A DNA stretch of 63,994 bases, filler included, from Octopus bimaculoides (taxonomy: Eukaryota), in assembly GCF_001194135.2 (NCBI RefSeq). It is 4 parts of 3 records of this genome, joined end to end, with 100 filler letters (N's around TTAATTAATTAA, not from the genome) between each part and the next. Parts side by side here need not be neighbours in the genome. Positions count along the whole stretch, not along the records: positions 29,601 to 57,222 come from NC_068987.1; 3 more parts are not named here. The stretch is one strand, 5' to 3'. Both the position numbers and the translations under genes were made by a program. This document shows positions 38,015 to 51,024 of this stretch, in pieces. The notes under the pieces are model-generated. The model was given only the letters and a program-made list of their open reading frames with translations. It was not told the DNA's origin and ran no database searches. Within the stretch, counting starts at the first letter, position 1, and every line of letters begins with the position of its first letter.

Positions 38015-38356
38015 TTCTGCTTTCTCTTCTTCTTCTTCTTCTTCTTCTTCTTCTTCTTCTTCTTCTCCTTCTTCGTCGTCGTCGTCTTCTTCTTCTTCTT
38101 CTTCTTCTTCTTCTTCTTCTTCTTCTTCTTCTTCTTCTTCTTCTTCTTCTTCTTCTTCGTTGTCGTCATCGTCTTCTTCGTCATCGTCTTCTTCGTCATC
38201 GTCTTCTTCTTCGTCGTCGTCATCGTCTTCTTCTTCTTCTTCTTCTTCTTCTTCTTCTTCTTCTTCTTCTTCTTCTTCTTCGTCGTCGTCGTCGTCGTCG
38301 TCGTAGTCTTCTTCTTCTTCTTCTTCTTCTTCTTCTTCTTCTTCTTCTTCTTCTTC
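37083..38356. repeat. Cluster of compound trinucleotide microsatellites (ACA/GCA, AAT/GAT, ATT/GTT, TCA/TTC/TCG)
   Basis: Directly visible pure and interrupted triplet arrays that end in an assembly gap. Confidence 0.95.
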
Positions 38357-38906
38357 NNNNNNNNNNNNNNNNNNNNNNNNNNNNNNNNNNNNNNNNNNNN
38401 NNNNNNNNNNNNNNNNNNNNNNNNNNNNNNNNNNNNNNNNNNNNNNNNNNNNNNNNNNNNNNNNNNNNNNNNNNNNNNNNNNNNNNNNNNNNNNNNNNNN
38501 NNNNNNNNNNNNNNNNNNNNNNNNNNNNNNNNNNNNNNNNNNNNNNNNNNNNNNNNNNNNNNNNNNNNNNNNNNNNNNNNNNNNNNNNNNNNNNNNNNNN
38601 NNNNNNNNNNNNNNNNNNNNNNNNNNNNNNNNNNNNNNNNNNNNNNNNNNNNNNNNNNNNNNNNNNNNNNNNNNNNNNNNNNNNNNNNNNNNNNNNNNNN
38701 NNNNNNNNNNNNNNNNNNNNNNNNNNNNNNNNNNNNNNNNNNNNNNNNNNNNNNNNNNNNNNNNNNNNNNNNNNNNNNNNNNNNNNNNNNNNNNNNNNNN
38801 NNNNNNNNNNNNNNNNNNNNNNNNNNNNNNNNNNNNNNNNNNNNNNNNNNNNNNNNNNNNNNNNNNNNNNNNNNNNNNNNNNNNNNNNNNNNNNNNNNNN
38901 NNNNNN

Positions 38907-38955
<49 letters not shown>

Positions 38956-39629
38956 AGATATAGATATTTATATGCATATATTCATGCACACACACGCACA
39001 TATACAAACATATAAACATATACGAACATACAAACATGCATATATACATACATCTAATATCATAAATACGAAAACTAATTCCTGTGAATCAGTGTGTCAC
39101 CCTCAGACTCCCGCTCTCTCACTCGTCAAGGATACTCCTACTGTTCCTCATGATGGGGTGAGAGTAATAGAAGACTTAGTGACGGTGAGGGCGATGGCGA
39201 AGACTGAGAGAGAGAGAAAGAAAAAAAGAAAGAGAGAGAGAAAGAGAGACAAAGAAATTTAGGGAGAGATGGTGATGGTTTATTAAAAGTAGAAGTAGTG
39301 TTAATGGTAGCAGTGGGAGTAATAATAAAAGAGAGACAAAGCGTGGGTATGTTAGAGAAAGTGAGAGATGATGTACAACTTTGTTTAACCATGTCTCTTT
39401 GACAGAAATTCCTGTCACCAACATACTGAACACTATCATTTTTGTTTTATTTTTTGCTTACTTTAATATATACATATATATACACACATGTATATATATA
39501 AAATACACTTTATTTGAAATATGGTTTCCCCAAAATTAAACCTACCTAATATGATAAATGTGAATGTCAGAGTGCCACTCTTTTTCAACTTTAATAATTT
39601 TTTTCTACTGGAAGTACAAAGCCTCACAT

Positions 39630-39815
39630 TTTGGGGGGAAGCGATTAAGTCCATTACATCGACCCAAGTACGTAACTAATACTAATTCTGTAGACCCCGA
39701 AAGGATGAAAGGCAAAGTCCACCATGGCAGAATTCGAACTCAAAACCCGCCGGCAGACGAAATACAGCTAAGTAGTTTGCTCGGCGTGCTAACGATTCTG
39801 CTAGCTCGCCGCCTT
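39630..39815 (-). mobile_element. tRNA-derived SINE family B
   Basis: Reverse complement of ggcggcgagctagcagaatcgttagcacgccg..gagttcgaattc..catcctttcggggtc. Confidence 0.8.
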
Positions 39816-40134
39816 AAAAATAATATCATATCATAATATAATAGAATAAATGTGAATGCCAGTGTGTCAGGGTGTCACACATTTTCAACTTTACTCCTAG
39901 AGGCCGTAGCCCAACATATAATAGCATTTTGGAATCAGGCTGACTCCGTGTGTAAATTAAGAATATTCCGGGCCAAATCCGGACCCACAATCCTGAAATT
40001 TTGGATTCCCAAGTTTTCATTACTGTGATTGCTTTTGGCTATTTCTTTACGTGACTTTTTGCGACAATTTTTTTTATAAGATGACAATACGTATAACCTA
40101 AAAGCTAACCCTGTCAGTTTATTAAAAACCAATA

Positions 40135-40278
40135 CTCAGCTGCCACTTATTCTATCGATCCCGTAAAGATGAACGTCAAAGTCGACCTCGGTGGAATTTG
40201 AACTCAGAACGTAACGGCAGACGAAATACCGCTAAGCATTTCGCCCGGCGTGCTAACGTTTCTGCCAGCTCGCCGCCA
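40135..40278 (-). mobile_element. tRNA-derived SINE family B
   Basis: Near-consensus match to the copy at 54135-54365 on the opposite strand. Confidence 0.85.
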
Positions 40279-41599
40279 TTGATATGATAAATAATGCCAT
40301 ACCTGCCATCTCCACGATGCCCTCACGCATGAAACGTTTTCATTCGTGAACGATAGAAATTCCCACTTTCATATTTTTAAGACATAGGTTTCAATGTTAT
40401 GTTTTAAAGTAGTTTAACTTTTGAACTAAACCGAAGACATAATCAAAATCGTTTGCATAAAGAATCAAATTTAGATGCTAGGCTATAAAATAACCTTAAC
40501 AACTACCTTAATAATAGAATGGAATCGAAGTCATGTGGCGGAATTATTAAGTTTATCCATGAAACTAAAATTTAAAAGTATCGATAAAATATTTATAATT
40601 TCTTAAAGTAGATTAGTCTGGCAGAATACATATGGGACTGGACAATTGCAGTATTTAATCGTCCTCGGTTATGAAGTCAATTCCTATGCCAGTATAATTA
40701 AATTATATAAACTCTTGTAATATACTACTGTTTAAGAAATAATCGATTATACTCCTGTCGTAATGATTTGTGCCCAGTGAAAATAGAATCGTAGAATGAC
40801 TGAAAAATATGGTTCTAAAATATTGATAATAGATTCCCAATGTATAAAATGTTACTTGCGAACACGTATTATTAATATTAACAAAAGCTTGCCATCAAGA
40901 CTGACAGCTATTTTAATCACAGCCTTAAGAATAGGATTAAAATAGCCGAAGTTTTTCATGTCAAGCTTTCTGTCTGTATGATGCTTTCATCTATAACATT
41001 TCGAAATTAGTTACTGACAAAATATGGCATGTAGCCATGTTTTTATTTACATTAAGAAAAATGTTGTGATGTTGACATATGAATTTAAAAACTGACGTAT
41101 ACTTTAAAGCATATAAAAAAATGTTTACTTTATGCTCACTACGAAGGGAAAATAACAAACAGCGTACTTAAGCTGTTAACTCAAATGAAAGCGCCAAGGA
41201 ATTTAAAAAATAACAGAATGTCTTGTTAAATCTTTTAGTAGTCAATTTTTCCCCGTTATGTTTAACTGAGAACCCTTCAAGAGCGGCTTTGATTTTTTTT
41301 AATGACATTTTTATGGCTGTTTTCTGAGATCTTTCCATTTCCTCCTTTCGAAATCCATAAAATACATTCCAGTGGAGTACTAATGTTGATCTAAACGACA
41401 ATATTCTACCCCCATCCACAGATTTATGGCCGTTTGCCTATGTTACAAATGTTTATTATATTTGTTGTTGGTGGTGTTGCCGTTGTTGTTGTTATTGTTG
41501 TTGCCATAAACATGTGTTTTCACTTGACTCCGAGGATTTTTGATGTTTTAATGAGTGAAACTAAAGGACAGGTTTCTTGTTTCCGGTAATTCTCAACAG

Positions 41600-41733
41600 T
41601 GAAACAATTGAAACGTGTAGAATATCTACCCCATACTCAAGAAAGAGATCCACAAGGTCCTCCATTTGAGAAGCTACTTTTTTCGAAGGAGATAAAGAAA
41701 CATAGAAGAAACCTATCTCTTCCTCAAAAACTG
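41600..41733 (+). CDS. Candidate internal exon of an unidentified gene (KQLKRVEYLPHTQERDPQGPPFEKLLFSKEIKKHRRNLSLPQKL)
   Basis: Acceptor ...ttctcaacag| and donor CTG|GTGAGT. Only one + frame is open and the sequence is non-repetitive. No homology recognised. Confidence 0.4.
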
Positions 41734-41841
41734 GTGAGTTGTCTCACAAAGGGGTTACTTTAATTGTTTTATTAGCAATAAAAAATAAATCCCTTGATGA
41801 TGTGTGGGACGTTGCAACTTCTTTCGAACGAGAAATAGGAT

Positions 41842-42062
41842 ATACGAGGGGGAAGCTGAAAAGTTCATGGCTTTGGGTAAAAGAAAACACAAGAGGATCA
41901 GTTACAATTTTATTTACCTAATTCCCTTCTCAGATTCACACATCTACTGCAGCGGTTCTTCAGCTTTTCTAAACCCGTAAAAGATCTCCGGGTTTTGGGA
42001 CTTCGATCACACCTTTCGTGACAATCTTAAGGCCAGGAACTTGTCAGCACCCCCTCCTATAT
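41842..42062. mobile_element. Internally deleted mariner derivative (MITE-like)
   Basis: tacgaggggaagctgaaaagttc and gaacttgtcagcaccccctccta form degenerate inverted termini flanked by TA. Confidence 0.5.
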
Positions 42063-42931
42063 ACGTGCATATATGTTCTTCAAAGCCAAGGATTAAGTGA
42101 GACGATAGTTCTAGATGGTTTGCAGCACACCAACCGACAGCCGTTATCGCAATACATAGCTCTTAAGAATTACAGAAATCAAATGTCATTGTTTAAAGTA
42201 TCCTTTTTATTCAAATAGTCAACCTGCAAAGAATACTCAAGTTAATTAAACAATGTTATTAAAACTACAACAAATGTAAATGCGTTGTGGTAACTAATAT
42301 TCTATGTTTAAATTTAATTCTTGATTCAAAAGTTAATTATCATATTCACATGAAATCTAAGAATAAGACTTGTATTATATTCTGTCAAATAACGAATGCA
42401 ATGTAAGCAGATTTTAAAAGGACTCTTATAACAATGGAAATTACTACAGCAAACACCTGTTTCAGTCAAGGAAACAAAAAGCAGTAGTCTGTTATTCAAC
42501 AAGCAAGAAGGCATGCGTAGAATATTACAAAATAGTCTAACTCATTTTTTTATATACTTCTACAAATACGAGTATGTATGTATTGAAGCTTTCGCACACA
42601 TTCACACATGTGTGTATACATATGCATATACATGATGGCTGCAACTCGATTTCGAGCAATGACACCGCTTGATTGTTTTCGTAAACATGAGCAGCACGGA
42701 GGTAGTAATGATAGGCGTCTCTTGCAGCAGGTGTTCAGGGATATTACTACCTACGCTGACACATTACTTCATTCTGTTGTATCTTTCATTGTTTTACATT
42801 TCTCGGCTGCAGTAAGCCAGAGCATGCAAAGTACATACATACATACATACATACATACACACACACATACATACATGTAAACATACATACATACATAAAT
42901 ACATACGTACATACATACATACACACACACA

Positions 42932-42962
<31 letters not shown>

Positions 42963-43169
42963 GGTAGCCAATAATTTGGCTCCTGGTAATTTCACACTCG
43001 ATATTAGAAAAAAGGAGTGGCTGTATGGTAAGTAGCTTGCTTACCAGCCACATGGTGCCGGGTTCAGTCCCACTGCATGGCACCTTGGGCAAGTGTCTTC
43101 TACTATAGCCTCGGGCCGACCAAAGCCTTGTGAGTGGATTTGGTAGACGGAAACTGAAAGAAGTCCGTC

Positions 43170-43201
<32 letters not shown>

Positions 43202-44925
43202 CCAACATCGCTTGACAACCGATGCTGGTGTGTTTACGTGCTCGTAACCTAGCGGTTTGGTAACACAGACCAATAGAATAAGTACTAGGCTTCCAACGAA
43301 CAAGTCCTGGGGTCGATTTCCTCGACTAAAGGTGGTGCTCCAGCATGGCCGCTGTCAAATGACTGAAACAAGTAAAAGAGTAAAAGAGAAAAGAGTATTG
43401 AATAAAGAAAAGTTAAAAAGTTCAGTAAAACAAAACTATTACTAAAAGCTTCATTAATGATGATGGTTATGAATTATTGCTCATAAAAAAATCCGTCTTA
43501 TTTTGGGAACTATATCGCTCAATAATTATCTGCAGCCGTTTACTTATATCTTTATACATTTTTTTTTTATTGATCTCGCAGATTTCACCTCGATCAAATT
43601 CAACTTTTCTTGGTTGTGCTAAGAGTTTTTTTTTCCTTTTCAATGCAGTAATTAATTTCCATAGATTCGGTTGTATGCAAATTATAGAACTTTGTAGTGC
43701 GTTGTTATATCCCTCTAAATGGTTATTAGTGCGAGGCATATCCGATTCTGTTCTAAAACGAACATTCCAAGAATCAATGGGAAACAGAGGAGAAGTTCGT
43801 CGTTGTCTAATTCCTCTACCTTGCACGCTTCCTATGTACGATAATTCAAAGTAGGACACATGTTCTTGCGGAAGAACCTCATCATCTACATGATATGTGA
43901 ATCCATCAATCACATCATCAAAAGGAAAAAAAGCCAACGCTGAAAAATATTTGATTATAACGTGAAACTTAAAGCCAAATTCACATTGTTTTCTGTACAT
44001 ATTTTGAGATAAATGAAAAAGACAGCACTAGATGGAAGCACTACGAAACACAGATAAAATGCTATTAATGCAAGCTTTTTCAAAATTCATCATAACGTTC
44101 ACAAGGCTCAGTACTTGACGTAATTCATTAAGCTTATTAAAAAGGCGGGTGTAACACTGAACGAACCCACTTCAAATTGAAGCGTGTACCACTGATAAAA
44201 TATAATTGGGGACCGCTTAACAGTTCCATCATCTGCCCGGTGTTTTACATTCATTAAGCCATCAAGCCCTTTATCAATTGCCAAAACGAGTAATCTGTCT
44301 ACACCAGTTTCACCACTATCAAACTGCAAGAAAAATTCGCTACTATCAAGGAACTTGTATTCATTGAGTATGTCATAAGCGAATTGACTCTGAGAGATTG
44401 GAGGGTCACTTACTTTTGATTGACGCCAGTTCCTTATATTGCGACTTACACACGAAGAGGAGAGCGTGTGAGCCATTTCATTTCCATCAAACTTGTCACA
44501 GGCAGTCGCAGTTAATGAACGAGAAGATTCCTGGGAAGCAGCTGCTTGTGCTTTTCGTTCCGGGAAATATTTGCGAACTTCGGATTTTGAAACACATGAA
44601 CTATGATGATGTTCACCAATGTGGTTAATTATGGTATAATCTTCATCATGTGTCATGATGTGGACTCTCCAGTAAGTCTTAGATCAATCGGCATTTTGCT
44701 TCTGCGTTTCATAGATGTAATTCATGTCATTCTCCAGTTTCTTCCTACCGCGGACACGGTTTAAGACGTGAAGCAACGTGTACGTATATTTCGTTTTCGA
44801 ATAACGAATGAAGCATGGATGGATCACAGATAAACCTGTAAACTCTGTAAGTAAAACACCCAAATGGATGACTGAAATGATACTTTCAGTTAACTTGATT
44901 ACTCCGTAAATCATCATCACCTTTC

Positions 44926-45011
<86 letters not shown>

Positions 45012-45339
45012 TGATAATAATATTTCCACGTTGGAACTCCCCAAGCTTTCAGTCATGCTGTAACATCTCTTATCCTTCACTTGCTCTAGGACGCTGGGTG
45101 TGTCTCAGCGAGCGAGTAGGTAACAGACATGTAGGTTAAAGTAAACAACAATAGCAATGAATTTCAACGTTTTATTTTTTTTTTTTTTTTTTNNNNNNNN
45201 NNAATTTCAACGTTTTATTTTTTTTTTTTTTTTCTAAAATTAGGAGTGAAATTGCCTGGCAGTCAAATTATCGGTGGTCAAATTACCGGAAGCAAGAGAC
45301 CGAAAGTGAAACTATTAGAAGTCAAATTACCTAGAACCC
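42963..45339 (-). mobile_element. Mutator-like (MULE) DNA transposon, decayed, with TIR remnants
   Basis: ORFs 44108-44656 (GEHHH.., FLQFDSG..RLLV, DGTVKRSPIIFYQWYTL) and 43467-44000 (YFELSYIG, LFPIDSWNV, PRTNNHLEGYNNAL..PNLWKLITALK). Inverted termini at 42963-43012 and 45227-45339, with (TACA)n on both flanks. Confidence 0.85.
43013..43388 (+). mobile_element. SINE family A nested in the MULE
   Basis: A-box-like tggctgtatgg, B-box-like ggttcagtccc, an accttgggcaagtg central block, an internal (GT)n and the family tail. Confidence 0.88.
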
Positions 45340-47289
45340 ATACATACATACATACATACATACATACATACATACATACATACATGCGTGCATGCATATG
45401 CACACATCGGGGGTGCTGTCTCCGGACGAATACCGAAGCAAAATTTGCTTAGCAAGATGTATTTGAGTTAAGTGTGAAACACATAAATGGCTATTTTAGA
45501 TGCAACACCACTTCTGTTATATATTGTGCCGTGTGCACGCGTGTGTTTATGCATGTGTGTGTTTACGTGTGCGTGCCTGCGTGCATGCGCGCGCGCGCGC
45601 GTGTGTAATTAAAGCAGCTCCAGCGTGGAAATGTGTTAGTAACGAACACTTATTCATTCATACAATTCTTCTGTATCTTTTGAAAATCAATTACATAGCT
45701 CCTATTAATTGTCGGTAATACGCCTCTCGTTCAATGACCTAGAACCTACATAATAATACCCAGTGGTATTTTATTTACACATGGATCAGAAACTTCCGGT
45801 TTGTGTATGTATGGTATTAAATTTGATTTTTCCTTCTGGACATATTTTGGACGCTATTATGAAAATGAATTAGGTGTAAACTATTGCCACGCTCATATAC
45901 AAGATAGTTCGATAAGCTGGAAGTAGTAGCAACAGTGTACGTAAACAAAAGCAGCAAGAGTTGTAATCTAGTAATATTTTAGACGAAGTTAAACTGAGAG
46001 GAGTGTGGAATTCTTAGAGCAGTCATTTAATGCACGTAAGAGAGAGTGGAATGTAAAGAATATTGAACAAACAAACAAAAAGCAAGCAATGAATATCTAA
46101 ACGGATGTAAGAAGACTTAAGTGATCATGCAAATAAACAGTACCTGTATTGTGGACGGATTATAAAAGGAAAAGAGAGGCGTCTCTAAGTGATACAATAG
46201 AATTAATAATTGTTTAAAATTTCGGCATTTTTTAATTTTCTTATTTTAGGTTGATGGGTTTAGTTGAATACATTGACGCCAGTATTTGGCTGGTACTTAC
46301 TTTATTGACCCCGAAAGAATTAAAGGTAAATACGATCACAGTGGTATTTGAATTCAGAACGGAAAATGTTTGAAGAAATGACCCTAAGCATTTTTCTGTC
46401 GCTCAAACGATTCTGCTTGCTCGCCGCCTTCGTACATAGAAGTTATAACGTAGTCAGACAGTCAACATATGCTAGAATATTTACAAGCTGTTACAATAAA
46501 GGAACCATTGAGTAACATATTAATGAATAGGAAGAAGTACCAATAACTGTAATACTCTTATTACAAGCGGTTCCTTGCCTAGGACCCAAAACAACAGTAA
46601 TAAAAATGAAATTAACGACAATACCACAGGAACCACCTTTTAGCAATAAACCATTCATATGTAACATGGAGAATAGCAAACTGAGGTAACCAATAACTGA
46701 GATCTATAAAAGTGCAACCATACTCATCCTGAACTGCATCTCCTTGACTCTGAATGACTTGAACGTAATATTGTATACTAATGTAAGATTATCACCTACA
46801 ACGCACGAAAAACCTAACTAGGATTCACAGCTAACAACTTCAAGGTTTGATATGACCAGCATCTAGAAACCTTGCGTAACCCCGTGCGATGAAACGCTAC
46901 TACTCTGTCATGTTACCTTTGGAAACTTAAAGGAAAATTTGTACAGTACAATAAAGAAATGTGTTATACAAAACCGTCCACTCCGGCTCGGATTTGGCCC
47001 TGGCAATGCCTAAATGCAAAGAACAGAAAATCATTAGCATATGACCAATTACACCATTGTTCGCACCCACTAATGTCTCCTTGTCACCTTGGATCCATAG
47101 AAATGTCCCCACTCCCACTAAACGACAGTCGTGATACAACAGACCAGAAAATTCCAACTAGAAAAGATATAAAGCAACAAGATGTCGGAGGCTAAACTAT
47201 TATTCAGTTTTCTCAGCTCTTACTGGCCATCTCATCAGCACATGTGGCATAAGCATGGCTTGTTTCACGTGAGTTAAAACTATATAACG

Positions 47290-47570
47290 TCTTAAACTAC
47301 TTGGTTTTTGAGGGGTATGTCTCACCTTTTGGAATATCTATGTCTTGACCATGGATGATGGTCGCATCAGAAGCCTCCAAAATTTTCCCGATCCTGTGCA
47401 CAATGAACTTGGTCACCTTTACGAAGCTGACAGTCACTGAATCGTGACTGTTAGCATCTAGAATCACGAGCATAGTGTATCTTTTCATTTCCTGTAGCAG
47501 AATGAAATCAGACATGCTATTAATCTCGATACGTCTGAAATAGAAATTAGAAAGTTAAAAATTTAGTGCA
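47290..47570 (-). mobile_element. 5' fragment of a maT/DD37D-like transposase
   Basis: MSDFILLQEMKRYTMLV.. aligns by eye with MADPMITQEMKRHTVIV.. of the element at 13941-15196. Confidence 0.6.
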
Positions 47571-48652
47571 TGTCTCGTAACATGACGTTAGGTCATTTTC
47601 CATTTATGATTCAGAAACGTGTTCACAAATACATATGTAATTATATAACGAAAAATAACCAAGCACCCATCTCGAAACAAATAAAAAAGCCTTTCGCGGG
47701 TGCTAATATATTATTATAAAACTGTTTAGTTTTAATACTTTTGGTCCACCCACCATACAAGAACATGGAAGAAACTTTTAGAACTTTACACAATGGCATC
47801 AGAAGATATCACATAGAGGTTCATTATATAAATCACAGCTTGTGGTAGTGTTAGATGGGGATGAAACAATATAGTGTGATTCAAAGAAACAATAGTTTAA
47901 ACAGAACAAAGTAAAAACAGTGGAAAAATATAAATACCAAAGTAATTTGCACAATAGTAATGAAATCATACGTTCCACATATTAGTAGAGTGTTGCGCTG
48001 AAAATGTGATTCAGCTTTAGAGATTTGTGTGAATTTGTATGTGTGTTTATGTGTATACACATCTAGTCATATATAGAGAGAAATTAAGCGAGAGATATTA
48101 TACGTATGTATATAAATATATNNNNNNNNNNNNNNNNNNNNNNNNNNNNNNNNNNNNNNNNNNNNNNNNNNNNNNNNNNNNNNNNNNNNNNNNNNNNNNN
48201 NNNNNNNNNNNNNNNNNNNNNNNNNNNNNNNNNNNNNNNNNNNNNNNNNNNNNNNNNNNNNNNNNNNNNNNNNNNNNNNNNNNNNNNNNNNNNNNNNNNN
48301 NNNNNNNNNNNNNNNNNNNNNNNNNNNNNNNNNNNNNNNNNNNNNNNNNNNNNNNNNNNNNNNNNNNNNNNNNNNNNNNNNNNNNNNNNNNNNNNNNNNN
48401 NNNNNNNNNNNNNNNNNNNNNNNNNNNNNNNNNNNNNNNNNNNNNNNNNNNNNNNNNNNNNNNNNNNNNNNNNNNNNNNNNNNNNNNNNNNNNNNNNNNN
48501 NNNNNNNNNNNNNNNNNNNNNNNNNNNNNNNNNNNNNNNNNNNNNNNNNNNNNNNNNNNNNNNNNNNNNNNNNNNNNNNNNNNNNNNNNNNNNNNNNNNN
48601 NNNNNTATATATATATATATATATATATTTATACACACACACACACACACAT

Positions 48653-48683
<31 letters not shown>

Positions 48684-49461
48684 CCTACATACATACATGC
48701 ATAGATGCTTACACATATGCATTCACGCATACATGCATGCATACATACATACGTACATACATACATACATACATACATACATACATACATACGTACATAC
48801 ATACATGCGTGCATGCACACAAATGAACACACAAACACATAGATATTGAAAGAGATAGAGTGAGAGAAAGAGAGATGGATACATGGACGGACATGTACTT
48901 TGAAGTGAAAACAGGTATATAGGGCATCATTTGGATAGGTATATGACTCAGAGAAGATCATGATTCGGAATTTATTTGATAAGTTCGACGTTGTTTCGAA
49001 ATCTGTAGCTAAATTCTAGCAGAGCAAGACGATTTTTTCAACAGGTAAATCCTGGTCTTTTCACGGGGTTATTTTTCACTTTTTAAGTTTGGTACACTTT
49101 TAGTAGTGAAAGAAATAAAAAAAATCTCATTCCACTTTCCCTGCCAAGCTAATATAGCGATATCAGCGAAAACCCCAGCTTGCTATTGCTGCAATTCTTT
49201 AACTACAGGTCAATTCTGATCAATCATATCGAACTTCAGAGGAATTCCAACTGTAATTCCAGTTAGAGTGTATGCAGCGCTATAATATGCAATATGTTTT
49301 TGCATTTTAGAAGTTGCTATAATGTTATTCGAAGAACAGATGACTGTTATTTCCAGCAGTTCGAGCGTCCACACTTAAGCTTCTTCATTAGATCATTCAT
49401 TTCAATGAAAATGACGTATGGTGGCTTTGCCTAAACCATACGGTGTATATATTCACATGTA

Positions 49462-49508
<47 letters not shown>

Positions 49509-49819
49509 TCTACTCGCTTGAAACAAATTCACACACAGAAAATTCTTTAACCCTTGATTCTAACTTGTTGCTTGTCTCATGATATTTTTCCTTCTAGCAG
49601 AATATCCCTGTCTAAATATTAATTCTCGGTATAAATACTGCCTCTGATGCTAATAGGTATGTTATTAGTACTGTTGACGATCTCACGTCTTCAGATAGGT
49701 ATCAGCAGGTCGGTCTGCTTTTGAGTTAGGGCACAAGGTTTGTGGTGGGGTTAAACAATGTATAGGATATGCTGTCGGCCATTTCGCAAGTGATGTCTTA
49801 TTTTTGTCAAGCACCCCTT

Positions 49820-49932
49820 TTATATATTGTCCAGTGAGTCGTAGTATATCTCGCTTTTCTCCAGTCCCGCGTAGAGGGCTTTCCAAAAACTGCAAAACAA
49901 GAAGTAGCGGGGTTCCTTCACTTTTGGTGAAT
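49820..49932 (-). CDS. Candidate terminal coding exon of an unidentified gene (SPKVKEPRYFLFCSFWKALYAGLEKSEIYYDSLDNI*)
   Basis: Acceptor gttttatttgtatgcag|, phase 1. The open frame has a higher GC3 than the flanks and the sequence is unique. No homology recognised. Confidence 0.3.
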
Positions 49933-50797
49933 CTGCATACAAATAAAACCATTGGAGATATTACAGTGCCGATTCCATGGCCAAGACACTTTTCAAATTG
50001 TCGTTTCCAAATACCTCAGTATTTTACCGTCAGCTTCTATAATGCTGTGATCCCCTTGCATGACATGAGGAATTCACATTACTACCAAACAACAGAGAAT
50101 GAGTCCATCAAGCACCACAGAGTGCTTTATAGTTATTTGAAGCTGTTCCTGGTTCTTAGATGTGATTATTGTTGTTTGCTTATTTGTGTGTATGCGTGTG
50201 TGCTTATGTGTGTGTGTGTGGCGTGAAGGTGCGTATGTGTGTGTAGATCAACAATCTACTGCAATGGCAAGCTTATTATCACAGTTATCCACTGCCAGGT
50301 GGTTGTTTCTTAGGTCACGGGTTATACCACCGTATTATATATCAATCTCTGCCGTAACTATTCACCCGAACTGAACGTTTCACAACATAGCAACAGAACG
50401 AATTAACAAATAGTTGGGAAAACGAGCAATTAACTGCCAGAAATGTGTTGTTGATTTAATACTGCAATTTAACAGATGTTGAATCCTGGGAGGATTAAGA
50501 TTCCGGTATGATGAAACTCCAGCAGAAAACGGACAAAAATAAATGAACAATAACTTTAATAATGAGTAACCCGATCTTGTCAAGAATTGTGAAGTGATAT
50601 ATTTCTATACAAACGAAATTCATAAGAGTTTTAGATAAATATCATAACCCTTTGGCATTCTAACGTCTTCCTGCCGGTCAGAAATTGACACAAATCAATT
50701 TTCCAGAGGGAAGATATTGTGTATTCTATATTCTCAAATTACATCAATGCACATAATCAAATATATAAATTTGTTGATGAAAAAAGATGCTCAAGGA

Positions 50798-50833
<36 letters not shown>

Positions 50834-50987
50834 TGTATGTATGTATGTATGTATGTACGTACGTATGTATGTATGTGTGTATGTATGTATGTATGTATGT
50901 ATGTATGCATGCATGTATGTACGTATGTATGTAGTTATGTATATATGTATTATTTACACACAAACACAAACACACACACGTATACAT

Positions 50988-51024
<37 letters not shown>

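Noticed and set aside
45165-45232. Tandem duplication of aatttcaacgttttat(T)n
   Set aside because: It is an identical sequence on both sides of a 10-N gap at a homopolymer, which indicates an unmerged contig overlap.
49804-50226. 140-aa + strand ORF as a gene
   Set aside because: It starts at a non-ATG codon, ends in a (GT)n repeat and has no recognisable motif. The minus-strand exon model fits the splice signals better.
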